Source of the DNA: an uncultured Candidatus Binatia bacterium
GTDB lineage: Bacteria; Desulfobacterota; Binatia; Bin18
Assembly (NCBI GenBank): GCA_965214605.1
Contig: OZ243961.1
Coordinates: forward strand, 2,624,001 to 2,688,000
Direction of reading: 5' to 3'
DNA length: 64,000 nt
Part shown: piece after piece, positions 19,332 through 28,169 of the stretch
How positions within the stretch are numbered: the first letter of the stretch is position 1
Layout: each line of letters starts with the position of its first letter
Notes under the pieces: model-generated
What the model saw: only the letters and a program-made list of their open reading frames with translations
What the model was told of the DNA's origin: nothing
Database searches by the model: none
Translations under genes and position numbers: made by a program

Positions 19332-20081
19332 AGGCGTATCTTAGTCGTCGAAGATGAAGCCAAGGTCGCCAGTTTTATTCGGCGCGGTCTTGAAGCTGAG
19401 CACTACCAGGGTGACGTCGCGACCGATGGTCAGAGCGGTCTGGAGCGCGTTTTTGAGGAAGACTATGACCTGCTGATTCTTGATGTCATGCTGCCCGAAC
19501 GGGACGGCTTCTCAGTGCTACAAGAACTGCGCCGCCACCGGCTTTCCCTTCCGGTCTTGATGCTCACCGCCCGCGATACGGTAGCTGACCGGGTGGCGGG
19601 ACTCGATGGCGGGGCGGATGACTATCTGACCAAACCGTTCGCCTTTGAGGAATTCGTCGTCCGGGTCAGAGCCCTGCTGCGCCGCGGCGGGCCGGTCCAG
19701 CCGCCGATTCTGCACCTGGCCGACCTGAAGCTCGACCCGGTCAGCCGAGAAGTGACGCGGGCCGGACGACCCATCACGCTGACCGCCAAAGAGTTCGCCC
19801 TGCTGGAATTTTTCCTGCGCCAGCCCGGCCGGGTCTTGAGCCGCGTCCTTATTGCCCAGCACGTCTGGGGAGTGGATTTTGATACCTTCACCAATGTGAT
19901 TGATGTGTACGTGAACTATCTGCGCAAGAAAATTGATGCTGATTTCAGTCCCAAACTCCTCCACACCGTGCGCGGTGTCGGCTATGTGCTCAAGGACGGC
20001 TATACGCGGCCCTTCCCCCTCGCCCTCTCCTTCAATGGCGAGAGGACGAAGGGGAGGGAAAAACCCGAACACGACCAATGA
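19332..20081 (+). CDS. OmpR/CusR-like response regulator; expected start codon reads AGG (possible pseudogene or base error)
   Basis: AGG-CGT-ATC-TTA-GTC-GTC-GAA-GAT-GAA = xRILVVEDE, in frame with ORF 19488; LILDVMLP, GADDYLTKPF, HTVRGVGY. Confidence 0.8.
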   Translation, partial: RRILVVEDEAKVASFIRRGLEAEHYQGDVATDGQSGLERVFEEDYDLLILDVMLPERDGFSVLQELRRHRLSLPVLMLTARDTVADRVAGLDGGADDYLTKPFAFEEFVVRVRALLRRGGPVQPPILHLADLKLDPVSREVTRAGRPITLTAKEFALLEFFLRQPGRVLSRVLIAQHVWGVDFDTFTNVIDVYVNYLRKKIDADFSPKLLHTVRGVGYVLKDGYTRPFPLALSFNGERTKGREKPEHDQ

Positions 20082-21508
20082 CCCTCCGACCCCGCACCCT
20101 CAGAGCCCGCCTGACCGTGTGGTATACCGCCCTGCTGTCGGGCATGCTGGCCATGCTCGGACTGGCCACCCTCGTGCTGTTGGAGCGCGGCTTGCGCCAG
20201 AATATCGACGCCTCGCTGGATTCCGTGGCCCGTTCCATTGTCGAAACCACGCAGACCACTCCTCACCGCCGCTTGGGACCGGGCCTTGACGAAATCCTTG
20301 AGTCCTTCTTCTTCCCGAGTTTGTCTCGCCGCTCGTTTCGGATGCTTGACCCGCTTGGTCGGCCCGACCCTCGTGTCGCGCCGCGTGGACGGCTCCAGTT
20401 TCCGATCAGCCCCCAGGCCCTGGAAAACGCCAAACATGGCCGCTCCACCTATACCACCATCAGCCTGCCCGACGTCTCGCTCTCCCCGGTCCGGCTGCTG
20501 ACCGTGCCCGTGTTTGAGCGCGGTCGGCTGCGCAACTTCATTCAGGTCGCCATGTCGCTGGAAAGCGCAGAAGCGGCCCGCTCACGTTTCCTGCTCGTCC
20601 TGACTCCGCTGGCGCTCGGTGGAGCCGGTCTAGGCGGCTGGTTTCTGGCTGGCCGCGCCCTGGCCCCGGTCGATGCAATGGTTGAGGCCGCCCGCCGAAT
20701 TGAAGCCGAAGACCTCTCACGCCGGCTTGAGGCCAACGACAACAACGATGAACTCGGCCGGCTGGCAACCGTGCTCAACGATATGCTGGCCCGCCTGGAG
20801 CGCTCCTTCAGCGCGGTCCGCCACTTTAGCGCTGACGCCGCCCACGAGCTGCGTACCCCGCTGACCATTCTGAAGGGGGAGATGGAAGTTGCGCTGCGCA
20901 CCTCGCAGACCGGCGACGAGTATCGGCAGGTGTTGGGCAGCTGCCTCGAAGAGGTAGACCGGCTGATCACCCTGGTCAATGACCTGCTCTTCCTCGCCCG
21001 CTCGGACAGCGGCCATCTCGAACTCACCCGCACGACGGTCAATCTAGCCGAGGTGCTCGAAGATGCCCGCCCGGCCCTGCTCGCCCTGGCCGAGCGTCAG
21101 ACCGTGGACTGCCACATCTCCGACCCGCCGGCGGTGTGGGTCAGCGGCAACGCCGCCCTGCTGTTTCGCCTGGTGTTCAATCTTGGCGAGAACGCCATCA
21201 AATACACCCTGGCCGGTGGCCGGGTCGAACTGCGCTTGAGTCAGTCGGCGGACGAGGCCAGGCTTGAGGTTCAGGACACCGGGCCAGGCATTGCCTCTGA
21301 AGACCAGGCCCAGATTTTTGAACGCTTCTACCGGGCCGACCCGGCCCGGACACGGGGTGGGACCGGCCTCGGTCTGGCCCTGGCCCGCTCCATCGCCGGC
21401 CTGCACAACGGGCGGATCTCGCTCACCAGCCAACCGGGACAGGGCAGCTGTTTTCAGGTCACCTTGCCGGCAAACCCTCAGCAGGCCACCGAACGGGAGA
21501 GCCGCTGA
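20078..21508 (+). CDS. Sensor histidine kinase (HAMP-HisKA-HATPase, CusS-like)
   Basis: Two TM segments, HAMP, DAAHELRTPL, NAIKYT, DTGPGI, GTGLGL. Confidence 0.92.
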   Translation: MTLRPRTLRARLTVWYTALLSGMLAMLGLATLVLLERGLRQNIDASLDSVARSIVETTQTTPHRRLGPGLDEILESFFFPSLSRRSFRMLDPLGRPDPRVAPRGRLQFPISPQALENAKHGRSTYTTISLPDVSLSPVRLLTVPVFERGRLRNFIQVAMSLESAEAARSRFLLVLTPLALGGAGLGGWFLAGRALAPVDAMVEAARRIEAEDLSRRLEANDNNDELGRLATVLNDMLARLERSFSAVRHFSADAAHELRTPLTILKGEMEVALRTSQTGDEYRQVLGSCLEEVDRLITLVNDLLFLARSDSGHLELTRTTVNLAEVLEDARPALLALAERQTVDCHISDPPAVWVSGNAALLFRLVFNLGENAIKYTLAGGRVELRLSQSADEARLEVQDTGPGIASEDQAQIFERFYRADPARTRGGTGLGLALARSIAGLHNGRISLTSQPGQGSCFQVTLPANPQQATERESR

Positions 21509-21574
21509 ATCCAGGCGTGTCCATTGATTTTCTGTGGTCTTCTCTCCACAATGGCACGATGCTGAGGGAACTCC

Positions 21575-22018
21575 GTGCTTGAAACCGTTCTGCTGCTGGC
21601 CGGCTGCGCGCTGTTTGGGGCCGCGGCCGTGTGTGACCTATACAGCCGCTCCATTCCCGACCGGGTGCCGCTCGGGTTGCTGGCGGTGTTTGGCGTGTAT
21701 GCCGCAATCGCCCAGGTGGCCCCGCTGTGGACTCATCTGGTCACCGCCGCGGTTCTGCTGTTGGTCGGCTTTGGCCTGTTCGTCGCCGGCGCGCTTGGCG
21801 GAGGCGACGGCAAGCTGCTGGCCGTTGCCGGCCTGTGGATCGGCCCGTTCGATATCAGTCTGTTTCTGGTCGGCATGGGACTGCTCAGTCTCGGCCTTGG
21901 CCTATTCAGCCTACTGCCGTTTGCCGTCACCCGCCGATTGCGGTCGAATCTCCCACTGGCGTTGGCCATTGCCCCACCGGCCGTTGTCGTGTTGACATCG
22001 CGCGCCTTTTTCGCCTGA
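21575..22018 (+). CDS. cpaA: Flp prepilin peptidase (A24, TadV/CpaA)
   Basis: Hydrophobic; DLYSRSIPD and GGGDGKLL catalytic Asp motifs; adjacent to cpaB. Confidence 0.85.
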   Translation: MLETVLLLAGCALFGAAAVCDLYSRSIPDRVPLGLLAVFGVYAAIAQVAPLWTHLVTAAVLLLVGFGLFVAGALGGGDGKLLAVAGLWIGPFDISLFLVGMGLLSLGLGLFSLLPFAVTRRLRSNLPLALAIAPPAVVVLTSRAFFA

Positions 22019-22025
22019 GACGCCT

Positions 22026-22895
22026 ATGCGACGCTATCGTTCCGTGCTCCTGATCGTGCTCCTGGTGATCGTCCCGATCAGCGCTCTAGCAGTCAGCGTG
22101 TGGCTGTATTTGGGCCAGCCGGACGAGACGGAGGGGGAACCGCCGCCTCCGCCGCCTCCGCCGCCTCCGCCGCCGCTGGTCGATGTGTGGGCCGCAGCCG
22201 GTGACCTGGATGTCGGCGTCCTGCTTGTCGCCGACGATATTACCACTGTCCCGCTTGAGGCCGAGGCCATCTTTCCAAACTACCTACGGCAGGACCAGAT
22301 TGATATGTCGGAGGTGGCCGGCTCGGTGGTCCGCACCCCGCTGTTGGCCGGTATGCCGCTCACCTGGGCACAACTGGTGCGGTCCGGCCAGGACGGTTTT
22401 CTGGCTGCGGTCCTTGTCCCCAACCACCGGGCCGTCACCATTACGGTCGATCAGGAGACGAGCCACGCCGGCCTCATCTCGCCGGGCGACCGGGTCGATG
22501 TCATCTTCACCACGCAGACCGACGCCAACGGCCAGCTCAGTACTGTCAGCCGGACGGTCCTGGAGAATATCCGGGTGGTGGCTGTCAACCGGCGGATTGA
22601 GCAGCGCGCCAGCGAAGCCCAATCCCAGGAGGGCGAGGGCGGCCAGCAAGATACCGCACAGACGGTGACGCTCGAAGTGTTGCCCCTAGAGGCCGACCAG
22701 CTCGTGCTGGCCACGAGCCGGGGCAGTCTGTCGCTGGCTCTGCGTCCTCTCAGCCGGGCTGGCGGTTTTGGCCGGCGGCCAGCGGTCGGCGTCACAATGC
22801 TCCTGCAACCGGAAGCGCCGGATCCGGTCCGGGTCCAGATCTACCGTGGCACCAGTCGGGAAGAAGTGCTGATGACCGAAAGGCTCTCTGACTAG
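22026..22895 (+). CDS. cpaB: Flp pilus assembly protein CpaB/RcpC
   Basis: SAF-like region, RAVTITVD...AGLISPGDRVDVI, TVTLEV, GSLSLALR. Confidence 0.9.
   Translation: MRRYRSVLLIVLLVIVPISALAVSVWLYLGQPDETEGEPPPPPPPPPPPPLVDVWAAAGDLDVGVLLVADDITTVPLEAEAIFPNYLRQDQIDMSEVAGSVVRTPLLAGMPLTWAQLVRSGQDGFLAAVLVPNHRAVTITVDQETSHAGLISPGDRVDVIFTTQTDANGQLSTVSRTVLENIRVVAVNRRIEQRASEAQSQEGEGGQQDTAQTVTLEVLPLEADQLVLATSRGSLSLALRPLSRAGGFGRRPAVGVTMLLQPEAPDPVRVQIYRGTSREEVLMTERLSD
22140..22175 (+). repeat. 9-bp tandem repeat encoding a 12-Pro linker in CpaB
   Basis: CCGCCGCCT x3 followed by CCGCCGCCG. Confidence 0.85.
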
Positions 22896-23857
22896 CCGCC
22901 GCTGATGCTGCGTAGCGCATCAAGCGTCATCAAGAAGCTCGGGCCGGCGACCAGGAGAACCGTGCCCGGCGTCACCATCAGCAGCATGGGCATACTCATC
23001 AGCACCGGTAAACGCTCAATCTGGCTGGCGATACGGGCTGCCCGCTGGGCTCGTTCACTGCGGGCAATGTTCTGCATCGACTGGGTGAGCGGCGTACCGT
23101 AGCGCTCGCCCTGGATAATAGTGGTGGCCAGGTCGCGTAAACCCTCTACTTCAGTCCGGGTGTATAGGTTTTGCAGGACGGTCCTGCGCTCAGCCCCAAT
23201 GCGGAGTTCGGTCTCAACCTGGCCGAACTCCCTGGCCAGATCAGGGGCCAGCGGTACGAGTTCCTGGGCGACTCTGGTCAGGGAGCGCTCAAAGGTGAGA
23301 CCGGATTCAAGACACAGGGACAGCAGGTCGAGGGCATCGGGGAGGGCGGTGACCATTCTGGTGTGCCGGCGAGTTACCAGGTAGCGCAAACCCGTCTCGG
23401 GCATTATTCCGCCAACCACCGCTCCGACCAGCCCGGCTACTACAATCAGCCCCGTATAGCTTCCCAGAAGATCGGTCTGGGCCGCCTGGAAGCCGGCCAG
23501 CAGGCCGCCGGCCAGGGTACCAACGAGCTTGGCGGACATGAACACCGCCAGAGCATCGGTTTGGTGGAAGCCGGCCTTGCGGAGGAGATGATTGAGCTTG
23601 GCGCGCTCGTCGGTCCCGACCGGGACCAGCAGAGAGGCAAACTTGAGTACGCCGACCGAGACTCTCAGATGCAGAGGGCGGCCCGAGGCTTGACGGCGGG
23701 TGCGGGGCTCGGGTTCTCCATAGACCGCCGCTGCCCAGGCCCGTACCTGGCTCAGTCGTCGGTCAAGTACCTGGACGCGGCGGGTTTCCTGCAACACCAG
23801 ACGGACCAGCACGGCGACAATGGGCAGGGCCATAACAAGGGTCAGCAGTATGAGCAT
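22892..23857 (-). CDS. tadC: Tad inner-membrane platform protein TadC
   Basis: LPDALDLLSLCLESGL, QGERYGTPL. Confidence 0.9.
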   Translation of the reverse strand: MLILLTLVMALPIVAVLVRLVLQETRRVQVLDRRLSQVRAWAAAVYGEPEPRTRRQASGRPLHLRVSVGVLKFASLLVPVGTDERAKLNHLLRKAGFHQTDALAVFMSAKLVGTLAGGLLAGFQAAQTDLLGSYTGLIVVAGLVGAVVGGIMPETGLRYLVTRRHTRMVTALPDALDLLSLCLESGLTFERSLTRVAQELVPLAPDLAREFGQVETELRIGAERRTVLQNLYTRTEVEGLRDLATTIIQGERYGTPLTQSMQNIARSERAQRAARIASQIERLPVLMSMPMLLMVTPGTVLLVAGPSFLMTLDALRSISGG

Positions 23858-23871
23858 GCCTCTTCTCCGTC

Positions 23872-24903
23872 TCAGCGGATGACACGGGCGGCCAGATTGC
23901 GGGCAATCAGCAGCCCGACAACTATGAAGCCAATACCGTAACGCAGCAGGCCTGCGCCCGATTCAGTATAGAACAGAGTCTCAACTGCCTTCGGGTTGGT
24001 GAATTTCTGTATCGACAGCACCACTATCGGAAGTATGGCGATGATTATCAGGGTCAGCCGGGTCTGGGCCGTTGCGCTCTGGGCCTTGAGAGCGCTTTCA
24101 CGGCGGGCACGCAGGGTGGCCGACAGATTGGTGAGTGCGCCCGAGATAGCTCCGCCGGTTGTCCGTTGCAGGCAGACGGCGGCGGAAAACAGGGTGAACT
24201 CAGAGATGCGGACACGGGCTGCGGTGCCGCGGATAACTGTCTCTGGGTCAAGTCCGGCATCCGTGCCTTCCTTGATCGCTCCCAACACATTGCTGACCGG
24301 CGGCCGGGCCTCCCCCGCCACAGCGGAGATGGCTTCCGTCGAAGGCAGACCAGCCCGCATGAGGCGCACCACATGGTCTACAGCCTCGGGAAAGATCCGC
24401 AAAAACTCGGCCCGTTGACGGGAGTCTTTGATAGCCAGCACAGAATAGCTGGCTCCCAGCCAGCCGACCAGCGCCAGCAGCAGGCTGAGGACTAGCCCGA
24501 ACCGGGTAAAGAACAGCCCGATAAAGGTCATGACCGCGGCCAGCCCGGCCAGCCCGAGTGCTTTTGGCACGGCTTTGTCGGCCTCCAGCATGGAGAACTT
24601 GTGCTCAATCCGGTCGAGCAGCCAGGAGTTGGCCCGCCGCTGGCGGAAGACGCTGATCTCGACCGTGGCCTCGCCATCGGCTGGAGTCTCGCCACTCAGC
24701 AGGGCGGCCACCCGTCGCAACCGACGGTCAAGTGCCTTGCGCTCTTTGCGGGTATCAAGCCACAGCATGATGACGAGGGATTCGACGAGCAGAGCGGCTA
24801 GAGCGCTGATTATACTCATCAGCACACTGCCGGCCAACGCCAGGGCGACCACTGCCGGGATCAGAACGCCCACGACACAAGCGATAATCAATATCGGGGT
24901 CAT
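23872..24903 (-). CDS. tadB: Tad inner-membrane platform protein TadB
   Basis: [29 protein letters not shown]. Confidence 0.9.
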   Translation of the reverse strand: MTPILIIACVVGVLIPAVVALALAGSVLMSIISALAALLVESLVIMLWLDTRKERKALDRRLRRVAALLSGETPADGEATVEISVFRQRRANSWLLDRIEHKFSMLEADKAVPKALGLAGLAAVMTFIGLFFTRFGLVLSLLLALVGWLGASYSVLAIKDSRQRAEFLRIFPEAVDHVVRLMRAGLPSTEAISAVAGEARPPVSNVLGAIKEGTDAGLDPETVIRGTAARVRISEFTLFSAAVCLQRTTGGAISGALTNLSATLRARRESALKAQSATAQTRLTLIIIAILPIVVLSIQKFTNPKAVETLFYTESGAGLLRYGIGFIVVGLLIARNLAARVIR

Positions 24904-26309
24904 GCCGCAGCCTCCACCTCGTTGCCGCTCTCTTGGAGCACTTCCATGAGTTCGGCCCGTAGGCCCGCGGCCTCAATCGCCTCAATCCAGGAAGGTTGGC
25001 GACCCGTGCCCTCAAACACATGGGCCTCGCCCGGTAGCCGCCTCCACATCTCCTCAGTCGTTACCACCTCGCCCTCTAGCCCGGCCACATCGGTAATACT
25101 GGTCACGCAGCGGTGGCCGGAGCGCAGCCGGGCCATCTGGACGATGACATCGAGGGCCGACACAATCTGCCGACGGATAGCCATTAGCGGCATGTCGGTT
25201 GCGGTCATCATCAGCATGTTCTCAAGCCGCATCAGCGCGTCGCGGGGATTGTTGGCGTGGACCGTACACATTGAACCGGGGTGGCCGGTGTTCATTGCCT
25301 GCAACATTTCGTTGGCTTCTTCGCCCCGGACCTCGCCGACAATGATCCGGTCGGGCCGCATCCGCAAAGCGTTGATCAGCAGCTCCCGGATCGTCACCCG
25401 GCCGGTGCCCTCGCTGCTCACTGTGCGCGTTTCCAGCCGGACGACGTGCGGTTGCTGGAGCTGGAGTTCGGCCGAGTCTTCGATTGTTACCAACCGCTCC
25501 GTATTGTTGATCTCGCGCGACAGGGCGTTCATGAAGGTCGTCTTGCCGGCCCCGGTGCCCCCGGCGATCAGAATGTTCAGGCGGGCTTTGACGCAGATCC
25601 GGAGCAGCTTTGCCATGACTGGGGTAAAGCTCTGACGGTCGGCCATGTCTTCTAGGCCGATGCCCTTGACCACAAAGCGGCGGATTGAGATGGCTGCCCC
25701 GTCGATCGCCAGCGGGGGGATGATAATATTGACTCGGCTGCCGTCGGGCAGACGGGCGTCCACCATCGGGCTGGCCTCGTCCACTCGTCGGCCAACCCAG
25801 CCGGCGATGCGCTGGGCAATGTTCAACAGGTGTTGCTCGTCGCGAAACCTGATGTCGACCTGCTCCAGCTTGCCCCGACGTTCGATATAGACCGATTTGG
25901 TGCCGTTAACCAGGATGTCGGAGATATGTGGGTCACTGAACAGCGGCTCCAACGGACCGAGCCCCTTGATGTCGTCCACTAACCGGTTGACGACCTTCTG
26001 GCGGTCAAGCGGAGTCAGGTCGGAGGCAACAGAATCCTCAGTATCGAGAAAGGCCCGGAGCTGAACAGCCAGGTCGTCACGGTCCAGCTCAGCCGCCTTG
26101 GCCATGTCAAGGTTCTCGACAATGACCGGGTGCAGCTTGGTTGCCATGTCGGCGATCAAGGTCGAGGCGGTCCGGGTGCGGACCGGGGCGATGGATTCGA
26201 CCGGCTCGGCAACCGTCGGCGCTTCGCGGCGGTCCTGGGGTGCTTCGCGGTGTTTCGGGGCCGGCTTTTTGGCTGCCTTGGGGCGGCGTCCAAAAGGACT
26301 GCGTGCCAT
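24900..26309 (-). CDS. tadA: Tad assembly ATPase CpaF/TadA
   Basis: [17 protein letters not shown] Walker [31 protein letters not shown]. Confidence 0.95.
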   Translation of the reverse strand: MARSPFGRRPKAAKKPAPKHREAPQDRREAPTVAEPVESIAPVRTRTASTLIADMATKLHPVIVENLDMAKAAELDRDDLAVQLRAFLDTEDSVASDLTPLDRQKVVNRLVDDIKGLGPLEPLFSDPHISDILVNGTKSVYIERRGKLEQVDIRFRDEQHLLNIAQRIAGWVGRRVDEASPMVDARLPDGSRVNIIIPPLAIDGAAISIRRFVVKGIGLEDMADRQSFTPVMAKLLRICVKARLNILIAGGTGAGKTTFMNALSREINNTERLVTIEDSAELQLQQPHVVRLETRTVSSEGTGRVTIRELLINALRMRPDRIIVGEVRGEEANEMLQAMNTGHPGSMCTVHANNPRDALMRLENMLMMTATDMPLMAIRRQIVSALDVIVQMARLRSGHRCVTSITDVAGLEGEVVTTEEMWRRLPGEAHVFEGTGRQPSWIEAIEAAGLRAELMEVLQESGNEVEAAA

Positions 26310-26352
26310 GGGCTATCCTTTCCTGGTGAGTTGGGATCGCGCTCCCCTCTCA

Positions 26353-27492
26353 TCACTCTCGTCCGCTCTCTTCTACCAGCGAGACTGTCTGGTGTATTAA
26401 GGTGTCGGTCAGCTGGCTCAGTGCGGTTCGGTATTTTTTGCTCAGGTTGCGCTCCGGCCAGCCGTGGTTGGTGGCTGTCGGCAGGGCCGGCTCAAATGGT
26501 ATGGTCACGTCGGGGGTACGGCCGGCTAGAGCGTAGCTGATCTCATCCGAGGCCAGCGCGCCTTTCTTTGCCCGGGTGTGGCTCTCGACCAAGATGACCG
26601 GGCGCTCCTTGCCCAGCAGGGCGAGACGATGGACCGCTCGGTTGAGGCTGACCAGGGTCGGTTCATAGACCAGCACCCGATCGTCGGCGTGCTCAAAGAT
26701 GGAGAACAGCGTATCAGTATCGGTCGCGCCGTCTACGATAACGAGGTGCGAGCGGTTGGCAAGCTGCTCGATCAGCCATTGGACCGCGTCGGCGGCCGGT
26801 TGCGGGGGCAGACTGTCGCCGACGCGGTAGCCGTAGACCGAGATGCGGGGCGAGACCGTGGTCCGTACGCCGTCGATCAGGTCTGGGTTGGGCTCGGCAG
26901 TGGCGGCGATCTCAAGGAGTTCTTCCAGACCCTGGGCCGGCTCGACATCGAGCATCAGCGGCAGCGCCCCGGAGGTCCGCTCTAGGTCGAGCGCCGAGAC
27001 ATAGCTGCCCCGGCTGGCCGCGGTCCGGGTTGTCACCGCGGCCAGGGTTGTGGCTCCACTCCCGCCGCAACTAGCAAAGGCGATGACCCGCCCGGCATAC
27101 AGCCGGGCCGGACCGTCGTCGTTTTTGAGGGCGGTTGTCACCGCGTCGTGAATATCGTTGACGGTCACCGGCTTAGGCAGGTAGTCGCTGACCCCGTAGG
27201 CGAGCAGTTCACGGGTGAAGCGGGCGGTGTCGTTGGAACTGATGGCTACTACCAGGGTCCCCAGCTCGCATACGCCCGCCAACTCGTGGATACGGCCGGT
27301 GGGGAACTCGCTGCCATCGAGATCGACGAATATCAACCGGGGCGAAGCGGCGGTGGCCAGGGTCTTGATAGCCGCTGTAATATCGCTGCGCTGCACCTGC
27401 GCGCCGCGGCCGGCCAGGGCCTCGCTTAGGACTTTTTCGGTTGCCGCATCTACGGCAAAGGCGCGGATCTCGTTATTGTCTGTGGCTTCCAT
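26353..27492 (-). CDS. tadZ: CpaE/TadZ (atypical receiver plus MinD-like ATPase)
   Basis: Receiver-like N-terminus (GVSDYLPKP); degenerate Walker A CGGSGATT. Confidence 0.8.
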   Translation of the reverse strand: MEATDNNEIRAFAVDAATEKVLSEALAGRGAQVQRSDITAAIKTLATAASPRLIFVDLDGSEFPTGRIHELAGVCELGTLVVAISSNDTARFTRELLAYGVSDYLPKPVTVNDIHDAVTTALKNDDGPARLYAGRVIAFASCGGSGATTLAAVTTRTAASRGSYVSALDLERTSGALPLMLDVEPAQGLEELLEIAATAEPNPDLIDGVRTTVSPRISVYGYRVGDSLPPQPAADAVQWLIEQLANRSHLVIVDGATDTDTLFSIFEHADDRVLVYEPTLVSLNRAVHRLALLGKERPVILVESHTRAKKGALASDEISYALAGRTPDVTIPFEPALPTATNHGWPERNLSKKYRTALSQLTDTLIHQTVSLVEESGRE

Positions 27493-27828
27493 ATCAGGCT
27501 TGGAGGATTACCGGATTGACTAGGCCGGTGCACTCAACGAGGGTGCGCAGAGCGGTCAGAGTTTCGTCCTGCTGTTGTCTTTTCATTGCTTTCACCGTGA
27601 CCTCATGCTGCTCTCGGGGCGTTGGTGCTTCGGCAAAGGCGGTTATGATTTCTTTGCCGCCTGTACGATGGTCGGCAGAGGAACGTATCGGAGGCTCCGG
27701 GCCAGACGATGCTTATGAATAGAGGGCGGCGACTTCTCAATGGCTTCGATGACTCCCCGGTACTCCTCAAGGCCCAGCGCTCGCTTTTCTAAGGGGGCTG
27801 TTCGGCCATGTTTTTTTGTCATGAGCTT

Positions 27829-28122
27829 CTACTCGTCAATGACCATGGTTGCGACCTCGGGCAGTTCCTTGGCCTCGTCATTTGACCAGCGGCTGTAGGC
27901 CCCGGAGACCGAGCCGTGGGCATCTTTCGGCCGACCGCCGGCCGCGGCCTTCACATTCCTGTTCCGTACGGTCTCGGCAGTATCAATCAGGTGCTGGGCT
28001 TCTTCGAGTTTGACGAGGACGGAACGGCTTGACGGAAGGGTGGTGCGGTCAAGGGCCAGCGGCAGCACCGCGCAGCCTGTGGCGGCAAGGGTCAGACAGA
28101 GGGCCGGAATTATAGACGTCAT
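27829..28122 (-). CDS. Small lipoprotein in tad operon (CpaD/RcpB-like position)
   Basis: Lipobox ATGC; lies between secretin and tadZ. Confidence 0.55.
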   Translation of the reverse strand: MTSIIPALCLTLAATGCAVLPLALDRTTLPSSRSVLVKLEEAQHLIDTAETVRNRNVKAAAGGRPKDAHGSVSGAYSRWSNDEAKELPEVATMVIDE

Positions 28123-28169
28123 GTGCCTTTTCCTCATTTTGGTGCATAAGGCCGGCATACTCTCTCCAT

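Noticed and set aside
21552-21567. TGGCACG sigma54-like -24 box before cpaA (a similar one lies near 17668)
   Set aside because: No GC at the required -12 position
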